A stretch of DNA of 63,713 bases, counting the filler, from Phoronis australis (taxonomy: Eukaryota > Animalia > Phoronida): NCBI GenBank assembly GCA_002633005.1. It is 4 parts of 4 records of this genome, joined end to end, with 100 filler letters (N's around TTAATTAATTAA, not from the genome) between each part and the next. Parts side by side here need not be neighbours in the genome. Positions count along the whole stretch, not along the records: positions 36,218 to 57,371 come from NMRA01001416.1; 3 more parts are not named here. One strand, written 5' to 3'. Below the pieces are notes generated by a model, which was not told where the DNA came from, made no database searches, and saw only the letters and a program-made list of their open reading frames with translations. This document shows, in pieces, positions 38,029 through 50,810 of the stretch (positions are counted from its first letter, which is position 1; every line of letters starts with the position of its first letter). The position numbers were made by a program, and so were the translations under genes.

Positions 38029-39372
38029 CTGTTGAGACAAACGATAGTTGATAAGCACATGATTCATTCAACCATTAAAGACTGGATTAAAGTAGGATAG
38101 GTCACTGCCCACACTAGTAGGTGGCGATTTCACGACCATAGCAAATTTTTGTTCTTTCCCCGGGCGCCGCACAACCTCAAAAGACTCCGCAATTTTCTAC
38201 TGCGGGTTGCCTCGATCCCAATTTCCAATTCCGTTCTTGGATACAGACTTACTTCGCGGCGGTTCACAACACACTAAAATACAAAAACCACGTTCACAGT
38301 GAAGCGAGTTTCACGTTCACGCTGGCACGCCAAAAGCATTTAACGGCTCACGAAAAAACAGTCACCACCTCATCAACCCAACTTCTTTTCTCACGCGTTG
38401 CCCCGTTTTGATCTTGGGCGACAACAGTGTGTCGGACAGGTCACTAATCTAATTAACTAAATTAGTATCAGTCACTTGGCTTTAAATACCAAGTTGACAC
38501 ATTAAAAGCCACTCAAGACATGTTGCTAAATGACATTCATATGACAGAATAGAAAACTATACTGTTAGGAAATGTTGCCTATCATACAATGTAGATGTTA
38601 CATCAAATGCCAATCTCCAGTACTGGGTTTGTAAATGGATGAGTGATGGCAAATATCAGTGGAATAACATTGCTGTAGATGAGATTGGGGGAAAAATATA
38701 GGAGCACAGTGTAAAAGCAGATATTCATATTTTATTTACAGCATGCTACATAACCTTAGCAGAATTCTTTTCTTGAGTGATCAACTGGATTTTATTTTCT
38801 CACGTCAATTCGCTACATTTCTCAAACACCGATCGGTAACTTAATTTTACTGGTTTCGATAAACCAGCAAATGCGTACTTGTGACGTTTCATGACGCCAT
38901 CTCCCACAGGTGATGAAGCAAGTACAACTGAAACACTTTGTAGTTCTCAATTATATTACGTCTATTTTGAACTTGGGTCACGAAATAGACAACAAAGTTA
39001 CCAAACTCTAAGACATCTAAATGTGATCAAAATAATTACCACGTTTATGTTCCCCACGTAGTCTTACACCGTAAAATCACCTGGTTAAGCCAAGCAAACT
39101 ACAAGTTGTCTGAAATCTGTCGTTGTCATGACAACGGTTGGTGTCAGTCGTCAAAAGGAATTGAGAGATCACCTTAGCTTGACGTTGGTCCAGTATTTGA
39201 GTGGGCGACCAACCCAATCACTGTATTGCCAATGCCCTAATCTTGTTTAGGACTGGAGAGCATTTTCTATCTTTGTTTAGAACGGTTTGCATAACGTATG
39301 CGATTAAGTAACGTTCAGTTACCTAACTTATCCTATTGTCGTTTTAAGGGACGATTACGTCGATCAACATAC

Positions 39373-39445
39373 CAAAAATAAAAATTGAGGAGCAACCATC
39401 GAACCGACACGCATCCACACCATGCAGCATCCGACACCGCTGGAT
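39373..39445 (-). CDS. SLC22-family transporter, penultimate exon (TM11)
   Basis: atttcag|A TCC AGC...TTT TTG|gtatgt gives (R)SSGVGCCMVWMRVGSMVAPQFLFL, matching the R..G.G.....R.G...AP motif; 73 nt, splices in frame to the terminal exon. Confidence 0.85.
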
Positions 39446-41319
39446 CTGAAATAATTGTAATCAGTCTATTAATAAAAGATTGTTTGAACTATGGGTCACT
39501 GACGGTGTATTAAAAGTTTACTTTACTTAGTTTACTTTTAATAAACATTGAGAGATTGTGTATATGATTGGCTTTCGTTACCGAATCCACATTTCTAATA
39601 ATACAATCCTATTACTTTTAACACCGTGTACTTTCAAATTCTGCACGATCACAAAAACTTATTATGGGTACGAAAAAATACTCGGACGTTTGACGACTTG
39701 TGACCATGATTTTCTAAACACAAGGTTTTTCACGGACCCTGATATAGCCTACACAGACGTGAACCTTTTCACAAGGAACATGAAAATTATGTTTTATGCT
39801 CATGAGACATTTAGCAGTAGAAATCGTCTGTTTGTGACCTAAAGACCTTAAAAGAAAATCCCGTAGGGGTTGTAAGCAAACGAAATATTCAGATTTATGC
39901 GAGTGCGAAATTGTGCAAATAGCAGAAAGGACAAAATAATTTATACATACGGTTGTATAGGACCCTCGAAAAGTGGCCAAATTTTGTAAAATTTGGAACA
40001 TCATACCTCAGAAATGGCTCATCGGATACATATGAAACTTTCAGACACCGTACTTTATGCACAGTTCTCCAAAACGTTGCTAGAAATTGTTTTTTAGAAG
40101 TCTCCACTTTTGCATAAGGGTCTATAAAAATGGGTCTTTTATGATATTTACGAAAAAAATCAAGAGTCGCATAAAACGAAATGATAATTTAAAAAAATGT
40201 ATCAGTATTTTTGTGATTTCATCTCGTGTATTTACATCAAACAAACTTTGGTCATTGTATTGATACCATTGCTATATGCATGTACCTTTTTGTTTTATTA
40301 AACTTTACTAAAAACACTCAACCACATGATCAAATTAATAGCAAATGATACAGAGTTTTCCGTATTTCATAAACCTAGGTCAAACGTCGATCATTCAATA
40401 TATCGTTGTTTACATACGCACTAATTTTTAAGTTCGTGCTAGGTCAAATCCACCAACACTTCAATTTCAGATTGGCAAAAATCAGTTACAGGAATTTCAG
40501 AATTCATGGAACTTCACTGAAACATTCAATTCGTACAAGATTAGCTTGCAATTGATAAAAATTACGTGTGAATCTGATATTTGAAGTTTCAATCGTGTGT
40601 TCGTATACATAGGAATCAGAGACCAAAGAACCCGGGCAGGCGCGTTCCGTAGACGCAAGGCTCACGGTTTAATTTTTGGCCATCAGTAAGCAGTCGATTT
40701 CGTGGAAAATAAAATGAAGTCATGAATCTGATTGTATTGGTTTCCTTACTCGGAAGTTTACCGACTTGTTTGTCCTCTACTTTCGCAGTTAAACGCTGAC
40801 CGTCAGACTGAATGCGTAAAGGAATAGAAGAACTGGACTCACCGAATGCAAGTAGGCAATGTTTCAGCAATTACAACCATCGTTAATGACACAGAGCAGC
40901 CGGAAGTAGCTCTTGCAGCCAACGCAAAGAAGGAGAACATCAAGCTTATATCTGCGCCACTTGCTGTAATAAATGAACGTTATTCAGGTTCATGATTTTA
41001 AGCAAACTCTGCATCGAATCATCAACAATTCAAAACTATAGCGCATGAAATACGGTATCCAATCTTCAAACTCAAAAGTCTTACTGAACATCACTGGCAT
41101 TTCAAATTACATCACTATACATAGTAAAACAAGACCTGTTTATCTTGGAGTTTTTTTTTTACTTGATTTGAGCTTGATGCGGAAAATGTCACTTAAGGAA
41201 ATGGAACAGAACATCAAAGGTCAACAACATTCGTTTCGTTAGTCAGTGTGAATAAGACATGTTATATTGAATTGTTCTGTCTCATTTTTATATTTTTCAA
41301 ATGTATTCTATTTGTTTCT

Positions 41320-42066
41320 AATAAACTTTACTTCAGTTTTACGTTTAAACAGTCACATGATTGGGGTGAAAACTATTTTTCAAACGTTCAGCAGTTTGGT
41401 CATGCTTTAGATTTCAAATCAGAAAAATAATGTTTTTGAGCATTTGTTTAAAGGAATGCATGGAAATGTTAAAGGCATGCTTTATTGAACGCTATATAAG
41501 TGCCTCTCCCTCATGAGAACTATTATTTTCATGTATTTTGATGCAGTAGGTCTTTATGCTGCAAGGAAATGCACAATGGACATGTATCTACTCACAAACT
41601 ATTATGCTGAACACAAAATTGGACAAAACAAATTATTTTTACATTTAGGTTAGATAATGTGTATGTTTTTATTTAAATACTCCTCTCCTAATAAACTTTA
41701 ATTCAGTCTTACGTAAAACCGTCACATGAATGGGCTGAAAAAGTATTTTTCAATCGTTTAGCAGTTTGGTCATGCTTTAGATTTCAAATCAGAAAAATAA
41801 ATGTTTTTGAGCATTGGTTTAAAGGAATGCATAGAAATGTTAAAGGCATGCTTTATTGAACGCTATATAAGTGCCTCTCCCTCATGAGAACTATTATTTT
41901 CATGTATTTTGATGCAGTAGGTCTTTATGCTACAAGGAAATGCACAATGGACATGTATCTACTCACAAACTATTATGCTGAACACAAAATTGGACAAAAC
42001 AAATTATTTTTACATTTAGGTTAGATAATGTATGTTTTTATTTAAATACTCCTCTCCTAATAAACT
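41320..42066. repeat. Tandem repeat, ~370-bp unit, 2 copies (whole block repeated at 45118-46099)
   Basis: aataaacttta..cagtcacatga..agcagtttggtcatgc..tcctctccta recurs at ~41320 and ~41690 and restarts at ~42060; 41082-42066 matches 45118-46099 after the single n at 45117. Confidence 0.85.
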
Positions 42067-43103
42067 CCTAATACGCTACGGGGAAGGCAAATTGCCTACG
42101 TGATAACAACTGATGTTTTCCAAGAACAAAGTCCCATAAAAATATCTAACGAAAGTTTACTTGGAATATGCGTACAAAACTAATATTTAATACTGATCAG
42201 GTATATATATGATCTGTCGATGGAGTTCATTAAGGTTGCAATAAAACCACCTCTCGTGAAAAATAATCTTCAAATTTAAACCACTACAATAATCGGAAAT
42301 TGGTGCCATTTTGTTTCTCACTCAAACTGAAGGCGGTTTCTGGTCTTAGAACAAACTAACAGCTTGCTATTGCTTGAGAGCACGCTAAACAAGTTGGCTT
42401 TTCACGGAGGGTCGTTCTTTCCAAGACCTGAAACCGTTTTTCATACGAGTACAAAAACCTGTTATATTGCGGTACTGTGTAAGTGGTCTACATCAAAACT
42501 GCGGTGCTTTGGCGGAAAGCTGATTCAATACTATTCGGGAAAAGTTCCTCACCCCCGAAAAGAATTCGGTCGCCGACACTGTTGAGCCCATTTAATAGGC
42601 TAACTTTTCGATCTGGCTAACAGGGAATGATGTCACATCCGACGAGACGTGAGTGAGTCGTTCTACCGGCCACACGACGGTTTCAAGAATTTGTGCTACG
42701 AAGACTTGTATAAAACTGATAATGAAGTTGATGTATAATGTTTTTGGAGTCTTTACGTTTTAATGGTCAGGATATTTGCATGAATGCCTTTACCTCTGAG
42801 GACAAGGTTTTACGCAATTTTTGGCTCAAAACTGTTTAGTTTTTAAAGTTTAGATTCTACAAAACATTTTCCTTTGGCTGATCACTAAAAAGAGAATTGA
42901 TGTAAAATCCGATACATTAAACAACGAATGTTTGATCTATTTGAGATACAAGATAAACAGCACGCTATTTCGCCATTAACTTATGCAGATATTCTGGGAT
43001 ATATAAAACCTTAAAGCCTCGACTTTGAGCCGAACTCGTGTATCACTCGGAAATCGAAGCCTCAAATTTCCCCTCAGAGGTGAACGACATCTGTGCTAAT
43101 GAT

Positions 43104-43215
43104 ACGCCGTAAAATGTAACAATTTCGTAAAATGTAACAACTGTTACATTTTACGTCAGTGTTACATTTTACGTTGCTAAGACTCTCCTTAAAATGCAAC
43201 AAGTTGTTACACTTT
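43104..43215. repeat. Cluster of direct and inverted GTAAAATGTAACA motifs (resumes at 46881-46945)
   Basis: cgtaaaatgtaacaatttcgtaaaatgtaacaactgttacattttacgtcagtgttacattttacg; ttgttacaatttacggcg and ttgttacattttacg after 46880. Confidence 0.7.
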
Positions 43216-43228
43216 ATTAAATTCCACA

Positions 43229-43330
43229 GGTATCTGCTGGAAGTTCACCGACCAGTTCTGCAACCTTCCCCTCTGCCGATACCAGCATTGTTGTGGCTTC
43301 TGCGGCGCCAACCACCCAGCGCGGTCATGA
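43229..43330 (+). pseudogene. Ngaro ORF1 (gag) C-terminal Cys/His zinc finger
   Basis: GICWKFTDQFCNLPLCRYQHCCGFCGANHPARS*. Confidence 0.75.
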
Positions 43331-44940
43331 ACCGCCAAAACCACCAACCCACATGCCAGGTATCCCAACACCCGTAAAAGTAAGCAAACTTAAACCTCTC
43401 CTTTCAGGTTATGACTCCCTCTCGACTACGGAGCTTATCAATGGTTTCTCTTTCGGTTTCAGACTCGGCGCCTCCTCAATATGTCACTCTAATCCCCCCA
43501 CCAACCACCCATCAGCTCTACGTAATCCCGAAGTTACCTTCCAGAAAATCCAGACTGAGGTTCTGCTGGGTCGCTATGCCGGTCCCTTCCCATCCCCCCC
43601 TTTCCCCCTTTTCTCTTCATCACCCCTTGCCCTCATCCCTAAATCTCACCCTAACAGTTTTCGTCTCATTCATAACTTGTCATACCCATCTCGTCACTCT
43701 AACTCAGTTAACTCCCTCATACCCCCTGAATTCTCCCAAGTCCAGTACCAATCCATCACGGACGCTATCCGCCTGGTTCAACGGTTTGGGCGCCACTCCC
43801 TCATGGCTAAGATTGACATCAAGGACGCTTTCCGCATCGTACCGGTGCACCCTGACGACTACCACCTCTTAGGTCTCTCCTGGGCCAACAACTTCTACTA
43901 CGACAGGTGCCTGCCATTTGGCTGTGCCTCCAGCTGCAACATCTTCGAAAAGGTCAGTTCTGCGATTCAATGGATCCTGGAAACCAAATTGAAGGTCGCC
44001 GGCGTTTCTCACTACCTCGATGACTTCTTTTTCGTGGGCCCCCCATCCTCGCCAACATGCTCCCGGGACCTCGCCTCATTCATATCACTCTGCGACTCTC
44101 TAGGCATCCCTATCAACCACGACAAGACAATTCAGCCGACCACCTCCATCACCATTTATGGCATCCACCTTGACTCTGCCACCATGACTGCTTCTCTCCC
44201 ACAGGACAAGGTGGACAGATCTTCCAACCTCCTGCTCGACTTCCAAAAGCGCCGCAAGGTTACTCTTCGTGACCTGCAATCCCTCATTGGCCTACTAAAC
44301 TTCGCCTGCTCCGTCATCGTGCCCGGCCGCGCCTTCCTGCGCCGACTCATCAACCTCACCATTGGCATTTCGAGACCAGACCACTTTGTCACTCTCAATA
44401 AAGAAGCTAGAGCGGACCTTTGGGCTTGGTCCATCTTTCTCCGAGGCTTCAATGGGAAAACACTGTTCCTATTCGACGAGTGGACATCTTCAGATACCAT
44501 CAAACTGTACTCTGATGCTGCGGGCTGCAACCGGGGTTTTGCTGCGACATTGGGAGCTTCCTGGTTTGCCTGCCCGTGGCCTGAGCACCTGCAACGCCAT
44601 CACATCACCTTCAAGGAACTCCTTCCGATTGTCATAGCGCTAGAAGTGTGGGGTTCAAAGCTCGCCAACCACAAGATCCTCTTCCTGTGCGACAACCGTG
44701 CTGTCGTTGACATTATCAACAAGACATCCTCCCGCCACGCCCCCCATTATGTCTCTTGTCCGCCGTCTGGTCATCTCCGCTCTTACCTTTAATGTTCATT
44801 TTCGGGCAAAGCATATCCCCGGCTACACTAACATCATCGCTGATGCACTTTCTCGTTTCAACTTTCAGGTCGCTTTTTCCCAGGGTTATTGGCTCAGCCC
44901 TCATCCGACACCGATTCCACAGCACCTCCTGACAGAGTGA
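43293..44940 (+). CDS. Reverse transcriptase/RNase H with one +1 frameshift in the C-run at 44740-44745
   Basis: FRLIHNLS, AKIDIKDAFR, CLPFG, YLDDF, SLIGLLNFA, YSDAA, KELLPI, CDN; continues in another frame as IMSLVRRLV..KHIPGYTNIIADALSRF. Confidence 0.92.
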
Positions 44941-45116
44941 CCAGACTGCTCCGGGCTTCCCTGGCCCCCTCCACTCTTCAGTCCTACACCCGCACCCTGC
45001 GTAACCTCGCACAGTTTCACCTCTCCTCTAACAATTCTTCGCTCACCTTGCCCATTAATACCTCTTTCTTGGCCACCTACATCTCTCATCTCTTCGAATC
45101 TGGGCTTAGTAGCTCG
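44889..45116 (+). CDS. N-terminus of the element's tyrosine recombinase, truncated at n 45117
   Basis: RVTRLLRASLAPSTLQSYTR...FLATYISHLFESGLSSS matches the SLA.ST..SY....F...YI..L...GL..S pattern of the integrase SAM-like domain and overlaps the RNase H end. Confidence 0.8.
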
Positions 45117-46608
45117 NTACTGAACATCACTGGCATTTCAAATTACATCACTATACATAGTAAAACAAGACCTGTTTATCTTGGAGTTTTTTTCTTGATT
45201 TGAGCTTGATGCGGAAAATGTCACTTAAGGAAATGGAACAGAACATCAAAGATCAACAACATTCGTTTCGTTAGTCAGTGTGAATAAGACATGTTAATTG
45301 AATTGTTCTGTCCCATTTTTATATTTTTCAAATGTATTCTATTTGTTTCTAATAAACTTTACTTCAGTTTTACGTTTAAACAGTCACATGATTGGGGTGA
45401 AAACTATTTTTCAAACGTTCAGCAGTTTGGTCATGCTTTATATTTCAAATCAGAAAAATAATGTTTTTGAGCATTTGTTTAAAGGAATGCATGGAAATGT
45501 TAAAGGCATGCTTTATTGAACGCTATATAAGTGCCTCTCCCTCATGAGAACTATTATTTTCATGTATTTTGATGCACTAGGTCTTTATGCTACAAGGAAA
45601 TGCACAATGGATATGTATCTACTCACAAACTATTATGCTGAACACAAAATTGGACAAAACAAATTATTTTTACATTTAGGTTAGATAATGTGTATGTTTT
45701 TATTTAAATACTCCTCTCCTAATAAACTTTAATTCAGTCTTACGTAAAACCGTCACATGAATGGGCTGAAAAAGTATTTTTCAATCGTTTAGCAGTTTGG
45801 TCATGCTTTAGATTTCAAATCAGAAAAATAAATGTTTTTGAGCATTGGTTTAAAGGAATGTATAGAAATGTTAAAGGCATGCTTTATTGAACGCTATATA
45901 AGTGCCTCTCCCTCATGAGAACTATTATTTTCATGTATTTTGATGCAGTAGGTCTTTATGCTACAAGGAAATGCATAATGGACATGTATCTACTCACAAA
46001 CTATTATGCTGAACACAAAATTGGACAAAACAAATTATTTTTACATTTAGGTTAGATAATGTGTATGTTTTTATTTAAATACTCCTCTCCTAATAAACTN
46101 NNNNNNNNNNNNNNNNNNNNNNNNNNNNNNNNNNNNNNNNNNNNNNNNNNNNNNNNNNNNNNNNNNNNNNNNNNNNNNNNNNNNNNNNNNNNNNNNNNNN
46201 NNNNNNNNNNNNNNNNNNNNNNNNNNNNNNNNNNNNNNNNNNNNNNNNNNNNNNNNNNNNNNNNNNNNNNNNNNNNNNNNNNNNNNNNNNNNNNNNNNNN
46301 NNNNNNNNNNNNNNNNNNNNNNNNNNNNNNNNNNNNNNNNNNNNNNNNNNNNNNNNNNNNNNNNNNNNNNNNNNNNNNNNNNNNNNNNNNNNNNNNNNNN
46401 NNNNNNNNNNNNNNNNNNNNNNNNNNNNNNNNNNNNNNNNNNNNNNNNNNNNNNNNNNNNNNNNNNNNNNNNNNNNNNNNNNNNNNNNNNNNNNNNNNNN
46501 NNNNNNNNNNNNNNNNNNNNNNNNNNNNNNNNNNNNNNNNNNNNNNNNNNNNNNNNNNNNNNNNNNNNNNNNNNNNNNNNNNNNNNNNNNNNNNNNNNNN
46601 NNNNNNNN

Positions 46609-46880
46609 CGTATACACTTCCTGTTAGGTTTTTTCAGGTTTTGTGTTCATGTTCTGTACTTTTCCTTTAAGCCCTTCAGGCAGTTCTTTTGTTTTGTTCC
46701 CTCTTGCAGGGCTATTCATTGTACACGCCGGTGGGCGTTTTCTGCATGCCCATCTTGCAGAGTCTTAGTTAGTTTTATCTATTACGTCATAATAAATGAC
46801 AAATATTCCCAATCCTCCTCTTGTTTTACTCTGCAACATAGCTCGTGGCGTACCCCGGGCAAAATAGATTACGATAAATG
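46609..46880 (+). repeat. Probable Ngaro 3' terminal repeat (second copy at 49495-49766)
   Basis: 272-bp near-identical copies ending aataaatgac..aatcctcctcttgttttactctgcaacatagc..gggcaaaatagattacgataaatg, with different right flanks. Confidence 0.55.
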
Positions 46881-47855
46881 TAATTGTTACAATTTACGGC
46901 GAATGCTCATGCGAGAAATGTACCATTGTTACATTTTACGAAAGCGACGTCATATTTCATGAGTTTGCATGGTATTTATCACACCGAGGAAAATTTTCAT
47001 ACACTTAATGCCTTCGTTCTCCGATTGTTTGAATTATATTCTATCAAATGTTGCAGCTCCAATTTACAGATGTGTTCCTATGTGCTTCCCATTGTTTTTA
47101 ACATGAATAGTTTCTTGGTATAGTCAAAAATGTACCCCGTAGAGTTTGAACTCCGGACGAAGGAGTTTCCAGGATCAGCACACGTTTTTAATGTTTAAGC
47201 ATTCTTGCAATCTTTTATTGGCGCTCACAGATCACACCCAATTGTGTGTCTGGCATTACAGTTCACACACTTCCATTGGTACCCTGTAAGCACAACGGAA
47301 AAATAGCATCGTATTTTGGCTAATATTTATCGAATTTCTTCCGGAACAAACGACAATAACCTTTTTTTCACGGAGAATTCAATTTCGGAAGCCAATTTGG
47401 TAGACAAAGCACCCGTTTTCGTCCACGATAGCTTGATTTATTTTAGCAAGTGTTTTATTGCCTTGGAGTCATGGCTAATGCTCCACAGAAAACGGGCAAG
47501 ACCAAAGTTTCTTATGTCGACGAGTTCTGTCTACCACCTTAGTTACGAATGACAATTTCTTAAAGACCTTGTGGTGGAAGGAAATAAAAGCATTCATTTA
47601 TTTGCGGGCAGGTGGACAGATTTTGCCAGTGTAACAGCGAAAGATTGCCTTTGAGAAGATTGAGCCAATAGTTTTAAAAAGTGGCGGCTCATTTCAAAAT
47701 ACAGCAAATAAAATAAAATGAACCATACAAATAGGTACACGGAGTTATAATTAAGACATACCACGACTCTGGATACAATTTAGTCAGCAAAACTTGAACA
47801 AATCGATGAAAATATGTCGCGGTTTGCTCGAGTTTCTCTCAGTTACCTGGTGCCC

Positions 47856-48368
47856 TTTTGAGGAAGTTACGTGAAATTACGCATGTTGACGAACAAAAAG
47901 TCCAAGGGACACACATCTTACAAGATTCACCCGATCCTTTCTCATGCTATTTTACAAGTGTCGCGCTCTAGCGTCACGCGCTTCTCTCAGTCTCGCGCTA
48001 ATCTTTGCCTAACTCACGTGATTCAGTTGACATACTTTGTGGTTATCGCGCACACGGTGATAAAATGAACGGCAACCAAAAAAGAGGAGTTGTAATTCTT
48101 CGCCAAAGTCAACTTAATTCTCACAACCGAGCTTCATCAAAGATATGTATAGAAGTAGAAAGGACCAATGATGAAAGTAACCGTTTTTAAATGATAGTCA
48201 GTTTAAGTGTAGAATGTATTTTTGACGAGGTGAAAACTCGAAATCGGTAACCCAAATCCGGTCACGGCCCGTTTAAAATACACTGAAGTAACGAAATGAG
48301 TACAGAAAGCGAATGAAAGTATTGTAGCCCCTATATGGCCAACCGAGGGGCCACGTGTTGCCTACTAG
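47856..48368 (-). repeat. Dispersed repeat, inverted copy of 2969-3457
   Basis: Co-linear similarity over ~500 bp to the reverse complement of 2969-3457. Confidence 0.85.
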
Positions 48369-48983
48369 ATGGCCTCGCGTTAGTTTGAATGCGCTAAATC
48401 TCCCCTTACTCCCAGCTCACCTAATGTTAATTATCCATTTTTCACTAAGTTTTTGGTTTGCAGGGAACACATAAAAACTCAGATTTTTATCTCTCTTGTT
48501 GTTTTTGAAGCAGCCAGGAACACAAAAAGTGTATCCGCCGTAAGTTTTCTTCGCGCTCATACCGCGTATTATGCGGAATCCACCCACAATGCACTATTTT
48601 AACCTAATTTCAATATGGCGTCGCTGCAAATCCGCTATGGAGGCACAGAACAGTTCTCACTGGGTTTTGCCTAGCAAAACACACATCACTTGATTTGTAA
48701 CCTTTTCTTCANGATATTTTCCCGGTCGAAGCTTAGAGTGATAAAATGTGTAGTAAGCCATAATAGTTACTAAACCTTAATTTATAGATTCACTCTATTT
48801 CTGTTTTGTTTAAAATTTCAATAGGTTTTGAGTAAAAGCATTATTTGACAAAAATAGCTCGGCTTTTCTTAAAAGGTCACGACCTCCAACCCCATGCCGC
48901 TGACCTAGAAAGTAGTTACAAAGCCGAGGCGAGTCGAGAAAGGTAGATCGATTCATTGCAATGTTTCTCGTTCAGTATGTGAT

Positions 48984-49157
48984 ATAAATAGATTATTACA
49001 TGTTCTCAGTCGTTATCCCCCTGATCTAAAGCCGTCGTGGATTTTGGAGAATTATCACCCTCGGGGCTAACGCCTCTCGGGCGATAAATCTCCAACATCC
49101 ACTTGGGCTCTAGATAACGGGGGATAACGACTTCGCCATGTAATAATCTATATTTAT
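48984..49157. mobile_element. ~170-bp imperfect palindrome (fold-back MITE or Crypton-like non-autonomous element)
   Basis: atagattattacatg..agtcgttatcccc..tgga..ttggaga.ttatc / gataaatctccaacatccac..ggggataacgact..catgtaataatctat. Confidence 0.7.
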
Positions 49158-49494
49158 CAAAATTTCTTCAAAATCTATTTTTTCGCGCGTATTTTATTAA
49201 ATTTAACTTGTTAAATGCATTTATCGTCATTATTTTGACACTTGTCTCTTTATTTTGAGACCAGTCCTTAGGGTTTATTTTGCATTACTCATCTCTATTT
49301 ATAGCCTCTAGGGCCTACTTTTGTATTCATACGTTTCTCCACGCAACTCCTGATTGGACGCCCATATTTCCTTTGTTCCGTTCAACGTGGTCTCTCATTC
49401 AGCCACCTACCTCGTCATCTACAAGACCTACGTTCGTTCTCTTCATTTTTTCCCCACCCCCCATCCCGGGTGTCGGTTCCACTTTCTCTTTGCT

Positions 49495-49766
49495 CGTATA
49501 CATTTCCTTAGGTTTTTTTTTTCAAGTTTTGTTTTCATGTTCTGTACTTTTCCTTTAAGCCCTTCAGGCAGTTTTTTGTTTTGTTCCCTCTTGCAGGGCT
49601 ATTCATTGTACACGCCTGTGGGCGTTTTTTGCATGCCCATCTTGCAGAGTCTTAGTTAGTTTTATCTATTACGTCATAATAAATGACAATATTCGCAATC
49701 CTCCTCTTGTTTTACTCTGCAACATAGCTCGTGGCGTACCCCGGGCAAAATAGATTACGATAAATG
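49495..49766 (+). repeat. Second copy of the probable Ngaro terminal repeat
   Basis: Matches 46609-46880; preceded by pyrimidine-rich sequence including cccaccccccatccc. Confidence 0.55.
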
Positions 49767-49767
49767 C

Positions 49768-50028
49768 TATTGGTTTAAGCTCAAATATGTTATAACTCAA
49801 CTTTCATTTTTATCAGCCCAACCCAGTCAGGCTAGATACGATCTGATCGGAGATTAGAGCAATTATCGAACAAAAGAGCGCAGGCCCTCCAACCATAAAA
49901 GCCAGAATGGAGTTAATCAGTCGTGTAAGATATTGGCTACGGCGGTAAACTTCCCAACTTGTCAAGTTGTTGGGGCTATAGAATCGAACAAGCTGGGAGC
50001 AACGGGATGTCGCCGTCAACGGAAACGA
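49768..50028 (+). mobile_element. Subterminal fragment of the 12727-16034 Academ family
   Basis: Aligns to 35091-35345 (cccagtcaggctagatacgatctgatcggagattagagcaatta) and to 15621-15715. Confidence 0.75.
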
Positions 50029-50319
50029 AACCTTTAGAGACATTCATATTTTTAAGAATTAGTGTACGAGACATACACTAATCGTTACTAGAAACTTTTT
50101 TGAAAATTCGTGATCCCGATTTCGATGTGCAACATTTCGTTTGGTACACCCTGTGGACCAAAGTACGGGAAAAACACGTCTTTACTTTCAACCACAAAAC
50201 TTCTCAGAATAACCTTGTGGTCTGGTTTCAATTCAAAGGATACATTTTGATTAAAATCACGAATGGAGTGGATCTTCAGAAAATCATCTCACTAAAATTG
50301 ACTTAGACCAATGTCTTTG

Positions 50320-50810
50320 TCGTTTCCATGGTGTAAGGTCTTCACCTATAATCGCGAGCTCTTGTACTTGTAGTCAGAAAAATCCTTCTGTATGATACTG
50401 TGGAAAATGCAGTGTCGGATTCACAGTGGAGCAAAGGGGAAGTAGACAAGGGTGCTCCCCTAAAAGAAACCCTCCGAAAGGAGTGATGTGAAAGGGTGGA
50501 CTTCAGAAAGAAAAGAGTGACAATAGTGCCTTCTTGGATTACACAGCAATGGAACTACTCTTTGTACCGGAGGTAAGAAAGCGCGTTGTTTTCATTGGCC
50601 TCGTTTGTTAATGTCAGGCACAGTTTCACAGGTCATGTAGGAAACTGTCGAGGTGTGTGGCCTTGGAAATATTCTCGGTGTTGAAGAATTCAAGAAAGGG
50701 AATTCTGTTCGGCTCAAAATTAACCGACAAACTTGATTTATCCACTCGCACCGCATTTCTTGTTTTTGATCACGTTGGTTGATGTCGGGAAGACGAAGGA
50801 CTTAACGTCA
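50320..50810 (-). pseudogene. Possible L1/Tx1 LINE ORF2 C-terminal remnant
   Basis: LRLPDINQRDQKQEMRCEWINQV and RARDYR/KTLHHG weakly resemble post-RT and zf-RVT motifs; heavily decayed. Confidence 0.3.

Larger units (their letters stand above)
43220..45116 (+). mobile_element. Ngaro-type (DIRS order) tyrosine-recombinase retrotransposon, 5'-truncated and cut by a contig join
   Basis: Overlapping ORF1 zinc finger, RT/RNase H and YR ORFs; C-rich, GC-rich island with sharp edges. Confidence 0.9.

Noticed and set aside
36939-38168. Real tandem duplication of the SLC22 last exon (alternative terminal exons)
   Set aside because: Near-identical copies flank an N gap, which is the usual overlap artefact
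39160-39215. 5S rRNA or SINE3-like box (cagtatttgagtgggcgacc)
   Set aside because: Short and degenerate; the rest of 5S is not recognisable
42234-43010. Kolobok-like MITE TTAA|GGTT...AACC|TTAA
   Set aside because: The terminal match is only about 4 exact bp; plausible but not supportable
43411-45089. Additional overlapping ORFs on both strands within the Ngaro element
   Set aside because: Alternative-frame products of C-rich, stop-poor sequence; only ORF1, RT/RH and YR have motifs
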